A DNA stretch of 64,000 bases, taken from NCBI GenBank assembly GCA_038245785.1, contig JBBRSB010000007.1, forward strand, positions 1-64,000. Direction: 5' to 3'. A model generated the notes under the pieces. It was not told the DNA's origin. It ran no database searches and saw only the letters and a list, made by a program, of their open reading frames with translations. Position 1 is the stretch's first letter; every line of letters begins with the position of its first letter. Shown here in pieces: positions 10,665 to 22,092 of the stretch. The stretch comes from Gloeobacterales cyanobacterium (lineage in GTDB: Bacteria; Cyanobacteriota; Cyanobacteriia; Gloeobacterales; PMM-0068). Made by a program: the position numbers and the translations under genes.

Positions 10665-12161
10665 ATGGAACATGCTCCCTTGAAATGCCTGAACTATATC
10701 AACGGTCAGTGGTTACCTGCTCAATCAGCCTCTACCCTGGAACGATATAACCCTGCGGATCGGCGGGAACTGGTGGCGACTTTCCCGCATTCCAGTGCAG
10801 CAGATGTGGATGAGGCCGTTCAGGCTGCGCGTCAAGCCTATAGAAACTGGCGACTGGTCCCTGCTCCAGCCCGTGCCGAATATGTACAGCGGATGGGAGC
10901 CTTGCTCCTACAGCGTAAAGAAGAATTGGCCTATCTCATGAGTCGGGAGATGGGTAAACCCTTGCTCGAAACCCGTGGCGATGTGCAAGAAGGGATTGAT
11001 TGTGCCCTCTATAGCGCGGGAGAAGGCCGTCGCTTATTCGGTCAAACAACGCCTTCGGAAATGCACAACAAGTTTGCGATGACCCTGCGGATGCCTATTG
11101 GGGTATGTGCCCTGATTACCCCCTGGAATTTTCCAATCGCCATACCCTGCTGGAAAGCATTCCCAGCCCTAGTTTGCGGCAATACGATTATTCTCAAACC
11201 CGCTGAAGACACCTCGGCCTGTGCCACGCTGCTATTTCAAATCTTCGAAGAGGCTGGATTACCCGCAGGCGTCGTCAATTTGGTCTATGGTCCAGGAGAA
11301 GAAGTTGGTCAGGCGCTGGTCGAACATCCTGGAGTGGATCTTGTTTCCTTCACAGGGTCTTCTGCCGTTGGCGCGCAGGTGGGAGCTATCTGTGGGCGCA
11401 CGCATAAGCGAGTGTGCTTAGAGATGGGAGGCAAAAATGCCCAAGTAGTGATGGAAGATGCGGACCTGGAACTGGCCCTAGAAGGAGCGCTCTGGGGAGC
11501 TTTTGGCACCACGGGCCAGCGCTGTACCGCTACCAGCCGCTTGATTCTCCACAGCCAGATCAAAGCCCCTTTTACCGAAATGCTTGTAGAACGGACCCAA
11601 AAGTTACGGCTTGGACCGGGCATCGCTCCCCACACGGATATCGGTCCTTTAGTGAGCCAAAAGCAACTCCAACGGGTGAGCGACTATCTTAAAATTGCCC
11701 GTCATGAAGGGGCGAAAGTCCTGATTGGAGGAAAGGTAGCCAGTCAGGAAGAACTCAAACATGGTTATTTCTTCCAGCCTACTATCCTTGACCATGTCCA
11801 GCCTGATAGCCGGATTGCCCGTGAAGAAATTTTTGGGCCCGTGGTCGCTTTGCTGGAAGTGCATTCCTTTGAAGAAGCAATTGCGGTCCTAAACGATACG
11901 CCCTATGGTCTGTCTTCTTCGGTCTATACCCGTGATGTGAATCGGGCGTTCCAGGCAATGCGCGACATTGAAGCCGGGATTACCTATATCAATGGCCCAA
12001 CGATCGGAGCAGAAGTGCATTTGCCCTTCGGTGGAGTTAAGCAAACAGGGAATGGTCATCGGGAAGCAGGGAGTACGGCCCTGGATATTTTTACAGAGTG
12101 GAAAACAGTCTATGTAGACTTTTCGGGCCACTTGCAACGCGCTCAAATTGATAACCGTTAG
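10665..12161 (+). CDS. NAD(P)-dependent aldehyde dehydrogenase
   Basis: ITPWNFP, FTGS, LEMGGKN, catalytic GQRCTA, EEIFGPV; GGAG upstream of ATG 10665. Confidence 0.95.
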   Translation: MEHAPLKCLNYINGQWLPAQSASTLERYNPADRRELVATFPHSSAADVDEAVQAARQAYRNWRLVPAPARAEYVQRMGALLLQRKEELAYLMSREMGKPLLETRGDVQEGIDCALYSAGEGRRLFGQTTPSEMHNKFAMTLRMPIGVCALITPWNFPIAIPCWKAFPALVCGNTIILKPAEDTSACATLLFQIFEEAGLPAGVVNLVYGPGEEVGQALVEHPGVDLVSFTGSSAVGAQVGAICGRTHKRVCLEMGGKNAQVVMEDADLELALEGALWGAFGTTGQRCTATSRLILHSQIKAPFTEMLVERTQKLRLGPGIAPHTDIGPLVSQKQLQRVSDYLKIARHEGAKVLIGGKVASQEELKHGYFFQPTILDHVQPDSRIAREEIFGPVVALLEVHSFEEAIAVLNDTPYGLSSSVYTRDVNRAFQAMRDIEAGITYINGPTIGAEVHLPFGGVKQTGNGHREAGSTALDIFTEWKTVYVDFSGHLQRAQIDNR

Positions 12162-12191
12162 CGGCCTGTAATCTGCTTTTAGAGGAGTGAC

Positions 12192-13508
12192 ATGCTGAGT
12201 ATTCCCACCGACCGACCGCTACCCCGCGTTCCGCAGCTAAGTACTCCCCTGCCGGGACCGCGTGCCCGTGACCTGATCGAGCGAGACCAAGCCGTTACCT
12301 CTCCTTCCTATACCCGTGGTTATCCCTTGGTAGTGGCGCGCGGTGAGGGCTGCATGCTCGAAGATGTAGATGGCAACGTTTTTTTGGACCTGACAGCAGG
12401 CATTGCCGTCACTGCTACAGGCCATGCCCATCCTGAAGTCGTTCGGGCGATCCAAAATCAGGCGGCTCGTCTGATTCACATGTCGGGAACGGATTTTTAT
12501 TACGGTCCGATGGTAGAACTGGCCGAGTCTCTGGCCGCCCGTGCCCCTTTTCCGCTGTTAGAACATGGACCACGTGCCCGTGTGTTCTTTAGTAATTCGG
12601 GAGCAGAGTCCAATGAAGGTGCCATCAAACTAGCCCGTTACTATACGGAGCGTTCTCAGATTATTGCTTTCTTGGGCGCTTTTCATGGACGCACCTATGG
12701 AGCCATGTCCCTCACAGGATCTAAGGCGATTCAGCGCAAGCGATTCGGTCCTTTGCTTCCAGGCGTAACCCATATTCCCTACGGCACCCAAGCCAGCCTG
12801 GATTATTTGGAAAAGCAGCTCTTCCCTACGGTTCTCCCGCCTGAAGAAGTGGCAGCCATCGTCGTGGAGCCGATTCAAGGAGAAGGGGGCTACATAGTTC
12901 CGGAAGATGGCTTTCTGGAAAGAATTCGCAGCATCTGTGACCGCCACGGCATCTTGATGGTGGTCGATGAAGTCCAGTCAGGCATGGGCCGCACGGGTCA
13001 CCTCTTTGCCACGGAACATTGGGGGGTCATGCCGGATGTGGTCACCTTAGCAAAGGGGATTGCCAGTGGACTGCCTTTAGGCGCCATCTTGGCCCGACCT
13101 GAACTGATGACTTGGCCTCCAGGCTCCCATGCCACCACCTTTGGTGGAAATCCCGTTGCCTGTGCGGCGGGAAATGCGACGTTACGACTCTTGGAAGCCG
13201 GACTGATCGACAATGCACAGAAGATGGGTGTTGTATTACAGGATGGACTGAGCAAGTTGGCACAACACTTCCCTCAGGTGTCTTTGCCTCGAGGGAAAGG
13301 ACTGATGGTGGCAGTTGACGTGCTAAATGCTGAGGGAAACCTCAATTCTGAACTGAGAAACCAGCTTGTAGACCGAGCCTTTTACAAAGGACTTTTGCTC
13401 TTGGGCTGTGGCAAAGCGGCTATCCGTTTTTGCCCACCTTTAGTAATCGATAGTGAACAGATTCACGTCGCTCTGGGAATTTTGACGGAACTATTGAAAG
13501 AAATCTAA
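12192..13508 (+). CDS. Class III PLP aminotransferase (omega-amino acid type)
   Basis: SGAESNE, FHGRT, EPIQGEGG, DEVQSGMGRTG, AKGIASG. Confidence 0.93.
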   Translation: MLSIPTDRPLPRVPQLSTPLPGPRARDLIERDQAVTSPSYTRGYPLVVARGEGCMLEDVDGNVFLDLTAGIAVTATGHAHPEVVRAIQNQAARLIHMSGTDFYYGPMVELAESLAARAPFPLLEHGPRARVFFSNSGAESNEGAIKLARYYTERSQIIAFLGAFHGRTYGAMSLTGSKAIQRKRFGPLLPGVTHIPYGTQASLDYLEKQLFPTVLPPEEVAAIVVEPIQGEGGYIVPEDGFLERIRSICDRHGILMVVDEVQSGMGRTGHLFATEHWGVMPDVVTLAKGIASGLPLGAILARPELMTWPPGSHATTFGGNPVACAAGNATLRLLEAGLIDNAQKMGVVLQDGLSKLAQHFPQVSLPRGKGLMVAVDVLNAEGNLNSELRNQLVDRAFYKGLLLLGCGKAAIRFCPPLVIDSEQIHVALGILTELLKEI

Positions 13509-13740
13509 CTCATTAACTGGGAGATTAAACTTACCTCTATCATCGCGATCTTGCTCTTATGTTAGTCACAGAACCTCTGTAGCTTTAGTTGATGGAAATT
13601 AGATCCTTTATTGTTCTCCGGTGAAATATAGAGTAAACCTGAATATGGAGGCTATCAGAACTCTATATTCCTAGTTTAACCATTTTTAATGGCACATAAA
13701 TTTTTATAACACTGAGGCTTAAAAAATCTGGGAGGATTGA

Positions 13741-14631
13741 ATGAAGAAAGGTCAAATGGCACAACTTCTTTGGCAGAAGCTGTGGGAAGACTATCGCCTG
13801 CGGGTTAGCTATGCGCGCAGCTATGAAGAGATGATTCTGGAGGCAGGTGGAACGGTGGTCAATGACCATATTGCCTTTCGTTCTTTGCGTCTTCGGGTAG
13901 AGGGTAGAAGTTTAGGAATTGCCTATCTGGAGGATGTAGTTAAAGCACTGGGTTATGAAATGGCTGGGGAGTATATCTTTTCTGACCAGAAACTCTATGC
14001 TCGGCACTATCAGCACCCTGAGCAAGAAGCATTGGGTCTACCTAAACTATTCATCAGTGAATTAATCGTAGAGCTGCTTCCTGAGCCGATTGCTCAAATG
14101 ATCAAGAAAACGGTTAAATCTGGAGAATTTTTCGAGCCATGGAATCTAGAGCAATGGATTGAAACAGGGCAAGTAGATCAACTGCAGAAAGTTTTCACCC
14201 GTCCTTGGTCAGCTCCTTTCAAGTCAGTGGTTGAAGCCGTTCACGAAGTCACTCAATATGGAGCCTGGGTCTTACTCCATGGTCATGAGGTCAATCATTT
14301 CACGGGCTATATCAATCGCCAACATGCTCCACAATATCCAGATATTGAACATACGGCCGATGCGCTAGAGCAGCGTGGAATTCCAATGAAAACATTGATT
14401 GAAGGCGATATCGGGAGTGGTTTGCGTCAAACTGCTACATGGGCAGTAACAGAGATGAGCTCCGTCCATGATGATGTCAGTGGTGCCCTCATTCAAATTC
14501 CCTGGACCTATGCCTACTATGAAATAGCAGAAAGGAATGAAGTAGAAGTTGCTCCTGGCAAGAAAGCTTTATTTGAAGGCTTCCTTGGCCCTCAGGCAAG
14601 CAATCTATTCGAAATGACCCGCAAGCAGTAG
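13741..14631 (+). CDS. DUF1338 protein (2-oxoadipate dioxygenase/decarboxylase-like)
   Basis: NDHIAFR, LYARHY.HP, PKLFISEL, NHFT, LRQTA, YYEIAER, FEGF...A..LFEMT. Confidence 0.8.
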   Translation: MKKGQMAQLLWQKLWEDYRLRVSYARSYEEMILEAGGTVVNDHIAFRSLRLRVEGRSLGIAYLEDVVKALGYEMAGEYIFSDQKLYARHYQHPEQEALGLPKLFISELIVELLPEPIAQMIKKTVKSGEFFEPWNLEQWIETGQVDQLQKVFTRPWSAPFKSVVEAVHEVTQYGAWVLLHGHEVNHFTGYINRQHAPQYPDIEHTADALEQRGIPMKTLIEGDIGSGLRQTATWAVTEMSSVHDDVSGALIQIPWTYAYYEIAERNEVEVAPGKKALFEGFLGPQASNLFEMTRKQ

Positions 14632-14712
14632 GGCAATTTAGGCATACTGGGAGTAAGGGGTCGTAAACCCTTTCCAGAATCTCTCTGAGAAGCTACGCTA
14701 CGGTGGGCAGCG

Positions 14713-17484
14713 ATGAGTAAGTGGCACACCTGCGATGTGAACGATGTACTTCAAGAATTGGGTAGTGATAAAACTCAAGGGTTAAGTCTAGAAGAAGCTA
14801 AACAGCGCCTAGTCCAGCAAGGGCTCAACGAGCTTATTGAAAAAGGGTGTAAGAATCCCTGGCTCATTCTCTGGGAACAGGTGACTGCCACGATGGTAGT
14901 CGTTCTGATTGTGGCGGCTATTGCCTCCGCAGCCCTAGGAGATTATCACGATGCGCTCGCCATCCTAGCAATTGTTGTTCTATTTAGCCTATTGGGATTT
15001 AGCCAGGAATATAAAGCGGAAAAAGCGATGGCTGCGCTGAAAAAGCTGGCTGTACCCACGGTAAAAGTGAAGCGGAGCGGACAAATTCAGGAAGTCTCAG
15101 CTCGTGAATTAGTCGCAGGAGATTTGGTACTCCTAGAAACCGGGGACCTCGTTCCTGCCGACTGTCGGCTGCTAGAAAGCGTAAACCTGCGAATACAAGA
15201 AGCCTCCCTCACTGGGGAATCAGAGCCAGTAGAGAAACAAACGGAGTTCCTGGGAAAAGAGGATTTGCCCTTGGGTGACCGTAGCAACATGGCCTATATG
15301 GGTACGGTCATCTCCTATGGACGGGGACAGGGAGTGGTCACGGACACAGGCATGAGGACTGAGCTGGGCCACATTGCTTCGATGATCCAATCCGTGGCTC
15401 AAGGACAAACCCCGCTCCAAAAGCGCTTAGACCAACTGGGAAAAATACTGGCCGTGATTGCCTTAGCGATTGCAGCTGTGATTTTCCTGCTTGGCTTCCT
15501 GCGCGGGGAAGACCTGAAATTGATGTTCATGACAGCGGTCAGTATGGCAGTAGCTGCCGTCCCAGAAGGGTTACCCGCCGTTGTTACCATCTCCTTATCT
15601 CTGGGGGCACAGCGGATGCTCAAACGCCACGCCCTGATTCGCAAATTACCCGCAGTAGAGACCTTGGGTTCTGTGACCGTGATTTGCTCGGACAAAACCG
15701 GAACCCTGACTGAAAATCGGATGACCGTAACGATGATTGACCTGGCTGGGCATCGTTTAGACCTGACAGAGCCGGATAGTCAGAACATTACCTTAACGCT
15801 CAGTGATGGACTTTTTTCTGCCGAAGGCAAACCATCCATATCTTCTGCTCTGGGATTACTGATGGTGGGAGGAGCATTGTGTAATGACGCGCTGCTGCAA
15901 TCGAACGGTAATGGCTCAAATGGCCCCGATGGCAAGACGAACTCCTATGCCGTCGTGGGAGACCCGACGGAAAGCGCTCTGGTATTAGCCGCTGCCCGTT
16001 TAGGATTAGAAAAAACGCATTTAGAACATAATTTTCCTAGAGTTTCCGAGGTCCCCTTCGACTCTGACCGCAAACGGATGACGACTGTACACCACCTACC
16101 TTTAGGCCCAGATAGCCTGGGAATTAAAACGCCCTATGTTGCCTTTACCAAGGGGGCCGTGGATAGTCTCTTAGAAGTTTCAAGCAAAGTTTGGGTGCAG
16201 CATAGGGCTGAGCCTCTCACCGATGAATGGCGTATCCGGATTGCCGCTACGAACGATGGATTGGCTCAACAGGGCATCCGGGTTTTAGGGATAGCCTTCC
16301 GGTCTTTGGAAGAACCTTCTTCTAACGGGCATGCAGTTTCAGTAGAACAAAATCTAGTTTTTATTGGCATGGTCGGGATGATTGACCCGGCCCGGCCTGA
16401 GGTCAGAGATGCTGTTCAAACCTGCAAGCTCGCCGGGATTCGCCCTGTGATGATCACAGGGGACCATCCTTTGACGGCGTCTTATATTGCCCAGGAATTA
16501 GGCATGAGCGAGGGCGGTCGGGTTCTGACGGGTCAGGACCTAGAACGCATGTCCACGGAGGAATTGGAGGGCTTAGTCGAAGAGGTATCGGTCTATGCCA
16601 GGGTTTCACCAGAGCACAAACTCAAAATCGTGGGTGCTTTGCAAAGCCGAGGCCATGTGGTGGCGATGACCGGAGATGGTGTCAACGATGCCCCTGCTTT
16701 AACAAAAGCAGATATTGGGGTGGCGATGGGAATCACGGGTACGGATGTAGCCAAAGAAGCGGCTGATATGGTTCTGCAGGATGACAACTTTGCCACGATT
16801 GTCGCTTCCGTAGAGGAAGGCCGAACAATCTATGACAACATTCGCAAGTTTATCAAGTTCTCGATTGCGGGCAATCTCGGCAAAATTCTAGTCGTCATTC
16901 TCGCTCCTTTTTTGGGAATGCCTCTACCGCTATTACCATTACAAATTCTCTGGCTCAATCTATTAACCGATGGACTGCTTGGTCTTGGTTTGAGTGTAGA
17001 ACCTGCCGAGCGCAACACGATGCAGCGTCCCCCGATTGCACGGGATAGCAATATCTTTGGCGATGGCATGGGTCGTCAGATTGTCTGGGTTGGCCTGCTA
17101 ATTGGTTTGGTAGCGCTTGCAGTCAGTTATGAAGCCTGGCAAACGAACCAGGCGCACTGGCAAACTTTGGTATTCACCACCCTTGCTTTTCTACAAATTG
17201 GACAAGCGCTGGCGGTTCGTTCTTTCAGAGATTCTGTGTTCAAGATTGGTCTCTGGTCGAATAAGCTACTGCTTGGCATGGTAGTTTTGGTCTTTGGATT
17301 GCAACTGGCTGTAGTCTACATGCCTCTTTTACAAGAAATTTTCACCACGGTACCGTTAGCTCCTAAAGAACTTCTGATTAGTCTCTTGCTAGGCAGCGCT
17401 ATCTTCTGGGGGATTGAATTAGAGAAGTGGTTGATTCGGCGTAACTGCGCCCCTCTATCGCCATCAGCTTCTCCGCAGTCATAG
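14713..17484 (+). CDS. Cation-transporting P-type ATPase (P2A-like)
   Basis: [28 protein letters not shown]. Confidence 0.95.
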   Translation: MSKWHTCDVNDVLQELGSDKTQGLSLEEAKQRLVQQGLNELIEKGCKNPWLILWEQVTATMVVVLIVAAIASAALGDYHDALAILAIVVLFSLLGFSQEYKAEKAMAALKKLAVPTVKVKRSGQIQEVSARELVAGDLVLLETGDLVPADCRLLESVNLRIQEASLTGESEPVEKQTEFLGKEDLPLGDRSNMAYMGTVISYGRGQGVVTDTGMRTELGHIASMIQSVAQGQTPLQKRLDQLGKILAVIALAIAAVIFLLGFLRGEDLKLMFMTAVSMAVAAVPEGLPAVVTISLSLGAQRMLKRHALIRKLPAVETLGSVTVICSDKTGTLTENRMTVTMIDLAGHRLDLTEPDSQNITLTLSDGLFSAEGKPSISSALGLLMVGGALCNDALLQSNGNGSNGPDGKTNSYAVVGDPTESALVLAAARLGLEKTHLEHNFPRVSEVPFDSDRKRMTTVHHLPLGPDSLGIKTPYVAFTKGAVDSLLEVSSKVWVQHRAEPLTDEWRIRIAATNDGLAQQGIRVLGIAFRSLEEPSSNGHAVSVEQNLVFIGMVGMIDPARPEVRDAVQTCKLAGIRPVMITGDHPLTASYIAQELGMSEGGRVLTGQDLERMSTEELEGLVEEVSVYARVSPEHKLKIVGALQSRGHVVAMTGDGVNDAPALTKADIGVAMGITGTDVAKEAADMVLQDDNFATIVASVEEGRTIYDNIRKFIKFSIAGNLGKILVVILAPFLGMPLPLLPLQILWLNLLTDGLLGLGLSVEPAERNTMQRPPIARDSNIFGDGMGRQIVWVGLLIGLVALAVSYEAWQTNQAHWQTLVFTTLAFLQIGQALAVRSFRDSVFKIGLWSNKLLLGMVVLVFGLQLAVVYMPLLQEIFTTVPLAPKELLISLLLGSAIFWGIELEKWLIRRNCAPLSPSASPQS

Positions 17485-17490
17485 AAGGGA

Positions 17491-17580
17491 TCATAAGCGT
17501 TGGGGTGCTAGGCCAGACCTCTGGAGACCTATCAGTTTAATTCAGACATTTTTCTACTCCAGCTGAGCAAACCGCTATGA
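17491..17580 (-). repeat. Degenerate attC-like repeat, family A
   Basis: Homologous to 23092-23178 and 28198-28284. Confidence 0.6.
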
Positions 17581-17630
17581 GTTCTCACACATTCTCCGAC
17601 GAGTGAGGCAGCAGTTCTATATAAGCCGTT

Positions 17631-17771
17631 TTATTCTGCCTCCCGCTTCGCAAATAGAATGAACATCACGATGACAGCGCTCACCATAGTCGCCACGGCC
17701 AAAGCCCAAAACCATCCCAGTTCAAACTTGATGCTGAAAATGAAATCTTTGTGTATAGTGTTCGTGTTCAT
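17631..17771 (-). CDS. Possible 46-aa single-pass membrane peptide
   Basis: MNTNTIHKDFIFSIKFELGWFWALAVATMVSAVIVMFILFAKREAE, directly downstream of the DMT gene; below the ORF-track cutoff. Confidence 0.35.
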   Translation of the reverse strand: MNTNTIHKDFIFSIKFELGWFWALAVATMVSAVIVMFILFAKREAE

Positions 17772-17811
17772 TTCGAGAGCGATGACTGACGGCTTGCACT
17801 TCACTATTTAA

Positions 17812-18669
17812 CTATGACTTTTCAATTGGCAGTTTCCTGTCGACAATTACCAATGCAATTCCACCGAGAATTGCAGTAGAGGCGAGCAATAGACGTAACG
17901 TGATCGCTTCACCAAGAAAAACAATGCCCCCCACAGCCGCGATCACTGGCACACTGAGCTGTACCGTTGCTGCGCTCGTTGCCTTCAGCCTGCGCAAGGC
18001 CGTGTACCAAATCACATATCCAACGCCTGAGGCCAACGTGCCAGAGGATATCGCGTACCAAAAACCAGAACTGTCCAGTGAGTTCCAGGGAAATGTAATC
18101 ACGCTTAGTAACGCTGCTAGGAGCGCAGCACGCAAGAAGTTCCCGGCTGTGACGAAGGTTGGGTCGCCAGCACCTTTTCCGCGCAAGGAATAGACTCCCC
18201 AGGCAATACCAGCGCCTAACATTAATAGGGAGCCAAGAAGAGGCGGCGCTGAGACCCCTGGCAATATTAGTCCCACAAGTCCGCTGAACGCGCAAAGGAG
18301 CCCTGCAGATTGCCGCATTCCTAGACGCTCGCCAGCCCATAGCCCATAGCCGATCATCGTTGCCTGCACTGCGCCAAAAAGCAGTAATGTGCCGGTCGCA
18401 GCTGGCAAACTGACATAGGCATACGAGAATGCGGCTGCATAGATAAAAAGTGCCAGTGCAGACGGCCAACTGCCTGCCGTGCTGTTTGTGCCACTACGCA
18501 TTCGCGTGATTAGCCAAAGCGTAAGCGCACCGGAGATGATTCGGATGGAGGTGAAACTGGCTGCGTCAATGCTGGTATGTCTCAACGCTAACCGGCAGAG
18601 CAGGGAGTTGCCCGCGAACGCAATCATCGCCAGCAAGGTAAGGAAAAATGTCTGGGTACGCGACATCAA
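17812..18669 (-). CDS. DMT/EamA-family transporter
   Basis: About 10 TM segments, AFAGNSLLCRLAL, TVQLSVPVIAA..G..FLGE. Confidence 0.9.
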   Translation of the reverse strand: MMSRTQTFFLTLLAMIAFAGNSLLCRLALRHTSIDAASFTSIRIISGALTLWLITRMRSGTNSTAGSWPSALALFIYAAAFSYAYVSLPAATGTLLLFGAVQATMIGYGLWAGERLGMRQSAGLLCAFSGLVGLILPGVSAPPLLGSLLMLGAGIAWGVYSLRGKGAGDPTFVTAGNFLRAALLAALLSVITFPWNSLDSSGFWYAISSGTLASGVGYVIWYTALRRLKATSAATVQLSVPVIAAVGGIVFLGEAITLRLLLASTAILGGIALVIVDRKLPIEKS

Positions 18670-19073
18670 GAGCTGCTCGGGATATCAGGCATGTTGGTAT
18701 TCTCTATGACCAACCCTAGTAGGTTTATTGGGTAAGGCTGCACTCGCTTAATGATATTGCCTTTGACGTGGTAGCAGATTTTGGTCAGCTTGAAAAACCA
18801 GACTTTTGAGAAAAAGACACCATTTCTAGTCCTAACCATAACCCGTCTTTAATCCACAATCCGTAGGCTAATTCAGGCGATATGCAATTTTATCTTTGAA
18901 ATCCTGGATTTATCGTGGGATAGCCATCTTATATGCTTCACGGGAATAAGGAGAAAGCCTAACCCACAGGCATTTTGAAAAAGTTACACATCGCTTTAAT
19001 TTCTCAACTGGAGTGGTACTGGCAGGAGCAACCTTTCCAAAATGCGCCCACGGACCCAAAAATAATCGAGGAC

Positions 19074-20228
19074 ATGATGATTACAAAGCTTGGCCAATCA
19101 GTGTTTCAGCGCGTCACCACTGCGCGCTTGCTCCGTAAAGTGTGTTTACTGGCGATAACCGTGCCGTTGATCGCAGGTTTTACCATCAGTTTGGCGACTG
19201 CCAAAGAGTACGAGGGCGAGGGCGAGAACGAGCCATACGCGATTGGACTTTGGGGCGATCTACCCTATTCAGATGTACAGGCGATGGTGGGGGTTCCGAA
19301 CCTTATTGCTGACATGAACGCGCAAAACCTGGTCTTCACGGTCCACGACGGTGATCTGAAAGCGGGCAACTCTATAGCCAACTCGGTCACGCCGACTACC
19401 TGCAGCGACGCCCTCTATACCCAGTCCCTCGCCTATTTCAACACTCTAAAGGCCCCAGCCATCTTTACACCGGGCGACAACGATTGGACTGACTGCGACC
19501 GCCCCTCCAATGGTGGATTTAGCTCACGCGAGCGCCTCGACTTCGAGCGTGGAGTATTCTTCAGCACGAAATTTTCCCAGGGACAGCGTAAGCTCGCCCT
19601 GACCGTGCAGACAACGCCGCTGTGTCTAGGTGTAAGCGGTCCGGTTCCCTGTGTCGAAAACCGTCGCTGGACGATCGGAGCGGTTACCTATGCGACACTC
19701 AATGTCCAGGGTTCGTGCAACAACCTATGTGACACGGCACCCGACCCGGAAGAGTATGAAGCGCGAAACGCGGCCAATATTGCATGGCTGCAAGAGACCT
19801 TCAAAGCGGCAAAAGCACGAAACTCGGCGGCGGTCATGTTAATCACCCAAGCCGATCCGGGGTGGGATCTGACAGACGGAACCAGAGCGCCTTTGCGTGA
19901 TCCGAAGACACTCGCACAAACCGATGGACAGCCTGATGGCTACCAGAAATTTTTATTAGCCTTGCGTGATGAGGTAATCGCTTTTGGTAGACCGGTTGCC
20001 TACGTGCACGGAGACTCTCACTACCACCGCATTGACAAGCCATTTCTGGATGCTCAAGGCAAACGCCTCGAAAACTTCACGCGTGTCGAGACCTTTGGCG
20101 ACAATGCCGCTAACGGCCTCAACGACGTGCACTGGGTCAAGGTGACGGTCAATCCCCGTAGCCGAGAGGTATTTTCCTATCAGGCGCAGATTGTTCCAGA
20201 TAATCGGGTGGCGGTTCCAGCTCCTTAG
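19074..20228 (+). CDS. Secreted calcineurin-like metallophosphoesterase
   Basis: Signal-like segment, GDLPY, HDGD, PGDNDWTDC, HGDSH; GAGGA upstream of ATG 19074. Confidence 0.75.
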   Translation: MMITKLGQSVFQRVTTARLLRKVCLLAITVPLIAGFTISLATAKEYEGEGENEPYAIGLWGDLPYSDVQAMVGVPNLIADMNAQNLVFTVHDGDLKAGNSIANSVTPTTCSDALYTQSLAYFNTLKAPAIFTPGDNDWTDCDRPSNGGFSSRERLDFERGVFFSTKFSQGQRKLALTVQTTPLCLGVSGPVPCVENRRWTIGAVTYATLNVQGSCNNLCDTAPDPEEYEARNAANIAWLQETFKAAKARNSAAVMLITQADPGWDLTDGTRAPLRDPKTLAQTDGQPDGYQKFLLALRDEVIAFGRPVAYVHGDSHYHRIDKPFLDAQGKRLENFTRVETFGDNAANGLNDVHWVKVTVNPRSREVFSYQAQIVPDNRVAVPAP

Positions 20229-20264
20229 CGCCATGCGGTTTCTCATTAGCGATATCAAGCCACA

Positions 20265-20303
20265 ACTCCTCCCGCGTTCAAGATACGGGAGGAGTTGTTT
20301 TTA
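20265..20303 (+). terminator. Rho-independent terminator
   Basis: Stem ACTCCTCCCG...CGGGAGGAGT followed by TGTTTTT. Confidence 0.75.
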
Positions 20304-20442
20304 AGCAATTGCTTATCTTCTGTGACAACGATGAATCTTAGCAAAAGGAGTTTCCACTAAATCGGGTAAAGGGCAGTTCTAGTCAAAAGGAGAAGTGTAT
20401 AGAATGTTTGCTGCACGATATCACCTGTAGTATCATTTTATT

Positions 20443-20700
20443 ATGGCCAAAGCGGAAAAGATTCTGGAAAAGATGCGCCGCAATCCTCGTGATTGGCGTA
20501 TTGAGGACTTGGAGTCTTTAGCTGCACGGTTTGGGCTAGAGGTTCGTAAGCCTGGGGGCAGCCATGCCGTCTTCTTCCATAAAGCTACGGGAAGACAGCT
20601 TTCTGTACCAGCAAAACGACCGATTAAACCAATTTATGTGATGGCGTTTATTACGTTGCTGGATGAGATAGAGGTGGATGATGAGCAAGACGAAGTTTGA
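20443..20700 (+). CDS. hicA: HicA-family toxin
   Basis: GGSHAVF, SVPAKRPIKPIYV; overlaps hicB. Confidence 0.85.
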   Translation: MAKAEKILEKMRRNPRDWRIEDLESLAARFGLEVRKPGGSHAVFFHKATGRQLSVPAKRPIKPIYVMAFITLLDEIEVDDEQDEV

Positions 20701-21046
20701 TGACTATCCCTTTGATTTACGCCCTCTATCTGATGCTGAGGGTGGAGGCTGGCTGATTACTTGGGCGGATCTGCCTGGATGTATGAGCGATGGCGAAAGT
20801 CCTGAAGAAGCGATTGAGAACGGACGGGATGCTTTTGCAGTTTGGACGGCTGTTCGCCAAGATGATTTAAAAAAATCTGCACCGAAGCCTATGACTGGAG
20901 CGAATAAGCCCGCTCGTTTTGTACTGCGTACACCGAGAACGATGCACACCCGTTTAGTGGAAAGGGCTAAGGCCGAAGGGGTATCTTTGAATACGTTGGT
21001 AACAACGTTTATTGCAGAAGGTCTTGGTCAGCCGCAGAAAATTTAG
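20678..21046 (+). CDS. hicB: HicB-family antitoxin
   Basis: DLPGCMSDGESPEEA and C-terminal RHH AKAEGVSLN. Confidence 0.9.
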   Translation: MMSKTKFDDYPFDLRPLSDAEGGGWLITWADLPGCMSDGESPEEAIENGRDAFAVWTAVRQDDLKKSAPKPMTGANKPARFVLRTPRTMHTRLVERAKAEGVSLNTLVTTFIAEGLGQPQKI

Positions 21047-21084
21047 GAAAATAGGCTTCGAGTTGGTAAATTCAATTCAACATC

Positions 21085-21405
21085 TTAAGGAATTATGACC
21101 TCAATATAGCTACCAATGGTTGACGCAGCAACAGCCTCTGCGACAGCAGAAACCTCAGATTTAATTCGAGGCCAACTAGTAGTACTCAAGACGACAACTG
21201 ATATTTTTCGTATGCTCAGATTTTGTTGATAGCGTAAGTTCATGTCGGTAGTAAGCAAAACAGTAAAATCATTATTTTCAGCAGCTTGCAGCAACTCACC
21301 GTTTTTGAGGGTTGACCACCCTTTCTCGAATGCTGTTACAACTTCATGGCCAACCAGGTAGCGCCGCAGCGGTACCGGTGTGCCCTGATCGAAGAGTATG
21401 CGCAC
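21085..21405 (-). CDS. DUF5615 PIN-like toxin
   Basis: MRILFDQGTP...NGELL...LLTTD.NL.YQQNL. Confidence 0.8.
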   Translation of the reverse strand: MRILFDQGTPVPLRRYLVGHEVVTAFEKGWSTLKNGELLQAAENNDFTVLLTTDMNLRYQQNLSIRKISVVVLSTTSWPRIKSEVSAVAEAVAASTIGSYIEVIIP

Positions 21406-21627
21406 TTACGCTACGATAAAACTACTACGGGCGGCATGCTCTAGCACTAGGCGCGCTTGAGCAAGCGTGACGCCAGGAAACAAATCAGGAAACTCAGAAA
21501 TAGCTACACCGTCTTCGAGGTTCTCGAACAAGGCCGCAATTGGCACGCGACTGCCACGAAACACCCAAGCCCCACTAAAGCGGTCTGGATCTCGTTCAAC
21601 AGCATCGCAAGTAGACCAATCAATCAT
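21406..21627 (-). CDS. DUF433 antitoxin
   Basis: SGAWVFRGSRVP..LFENLEDG...FPGV. Confidence 0.85.
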   Translation of the reverse strand: MIDWSTCDAVERDPDRFSGAWVFRGSRVPIAALFENLEDGVAISEFPDLFPGVTLAQARLVLEHAARSSFIVA

Positions 21628-21778
21628 AAACTTGATCGTAGCACGTTGACCTAGCCCATTAAAGTGGTCCAATCAATGTGCGAGTTTTGCCGTTCGAGTT
21701 GATGGCGTCGCCATACTTCACATTCTTTAATTTCATCATATTGTGAAAGAGCTTCTTCTAAGTTGGCCTGACACATTT

Positions 21779-22035
21779 CTAGTGTCCCGTAGTTATCATT
21801 CTCAGCAAGGAATATTGCATCACCTCAGCAGCGTTGAACAATGCTTCCTCTTTCGTTTCACCCTCAGTAAAGGTATCAGGGAGGTCAACAAAAGTTACTA
21901 AAAAGCTTCTATCGGCCTGCATATCAATAATTGCTGGGCATTTAATTTCCATAATGTACCTCACTTAAGTTTGGCACTGGTCTGCCTCCGAATAGCGGAA
22001 ATCAAACCCTACCCGAGATCGCGTGTACCGTGAAA
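21779..22035 (-). pseudogene. Truncated hicB plus hicA 3' remnant (paralog of 27607-28100)
   Basis: FVDLPDTFTEGETKEEALFNAAEV then divergence; upstream HGTRDLG*GLISAIRRQT. Confidence 0.8.
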
Positions 22036-22092
22036 ATGTGTATTGACTGTCCGGCGCATGCGCTGGCTAGACATGAGTTTAGCCGCTATTAC

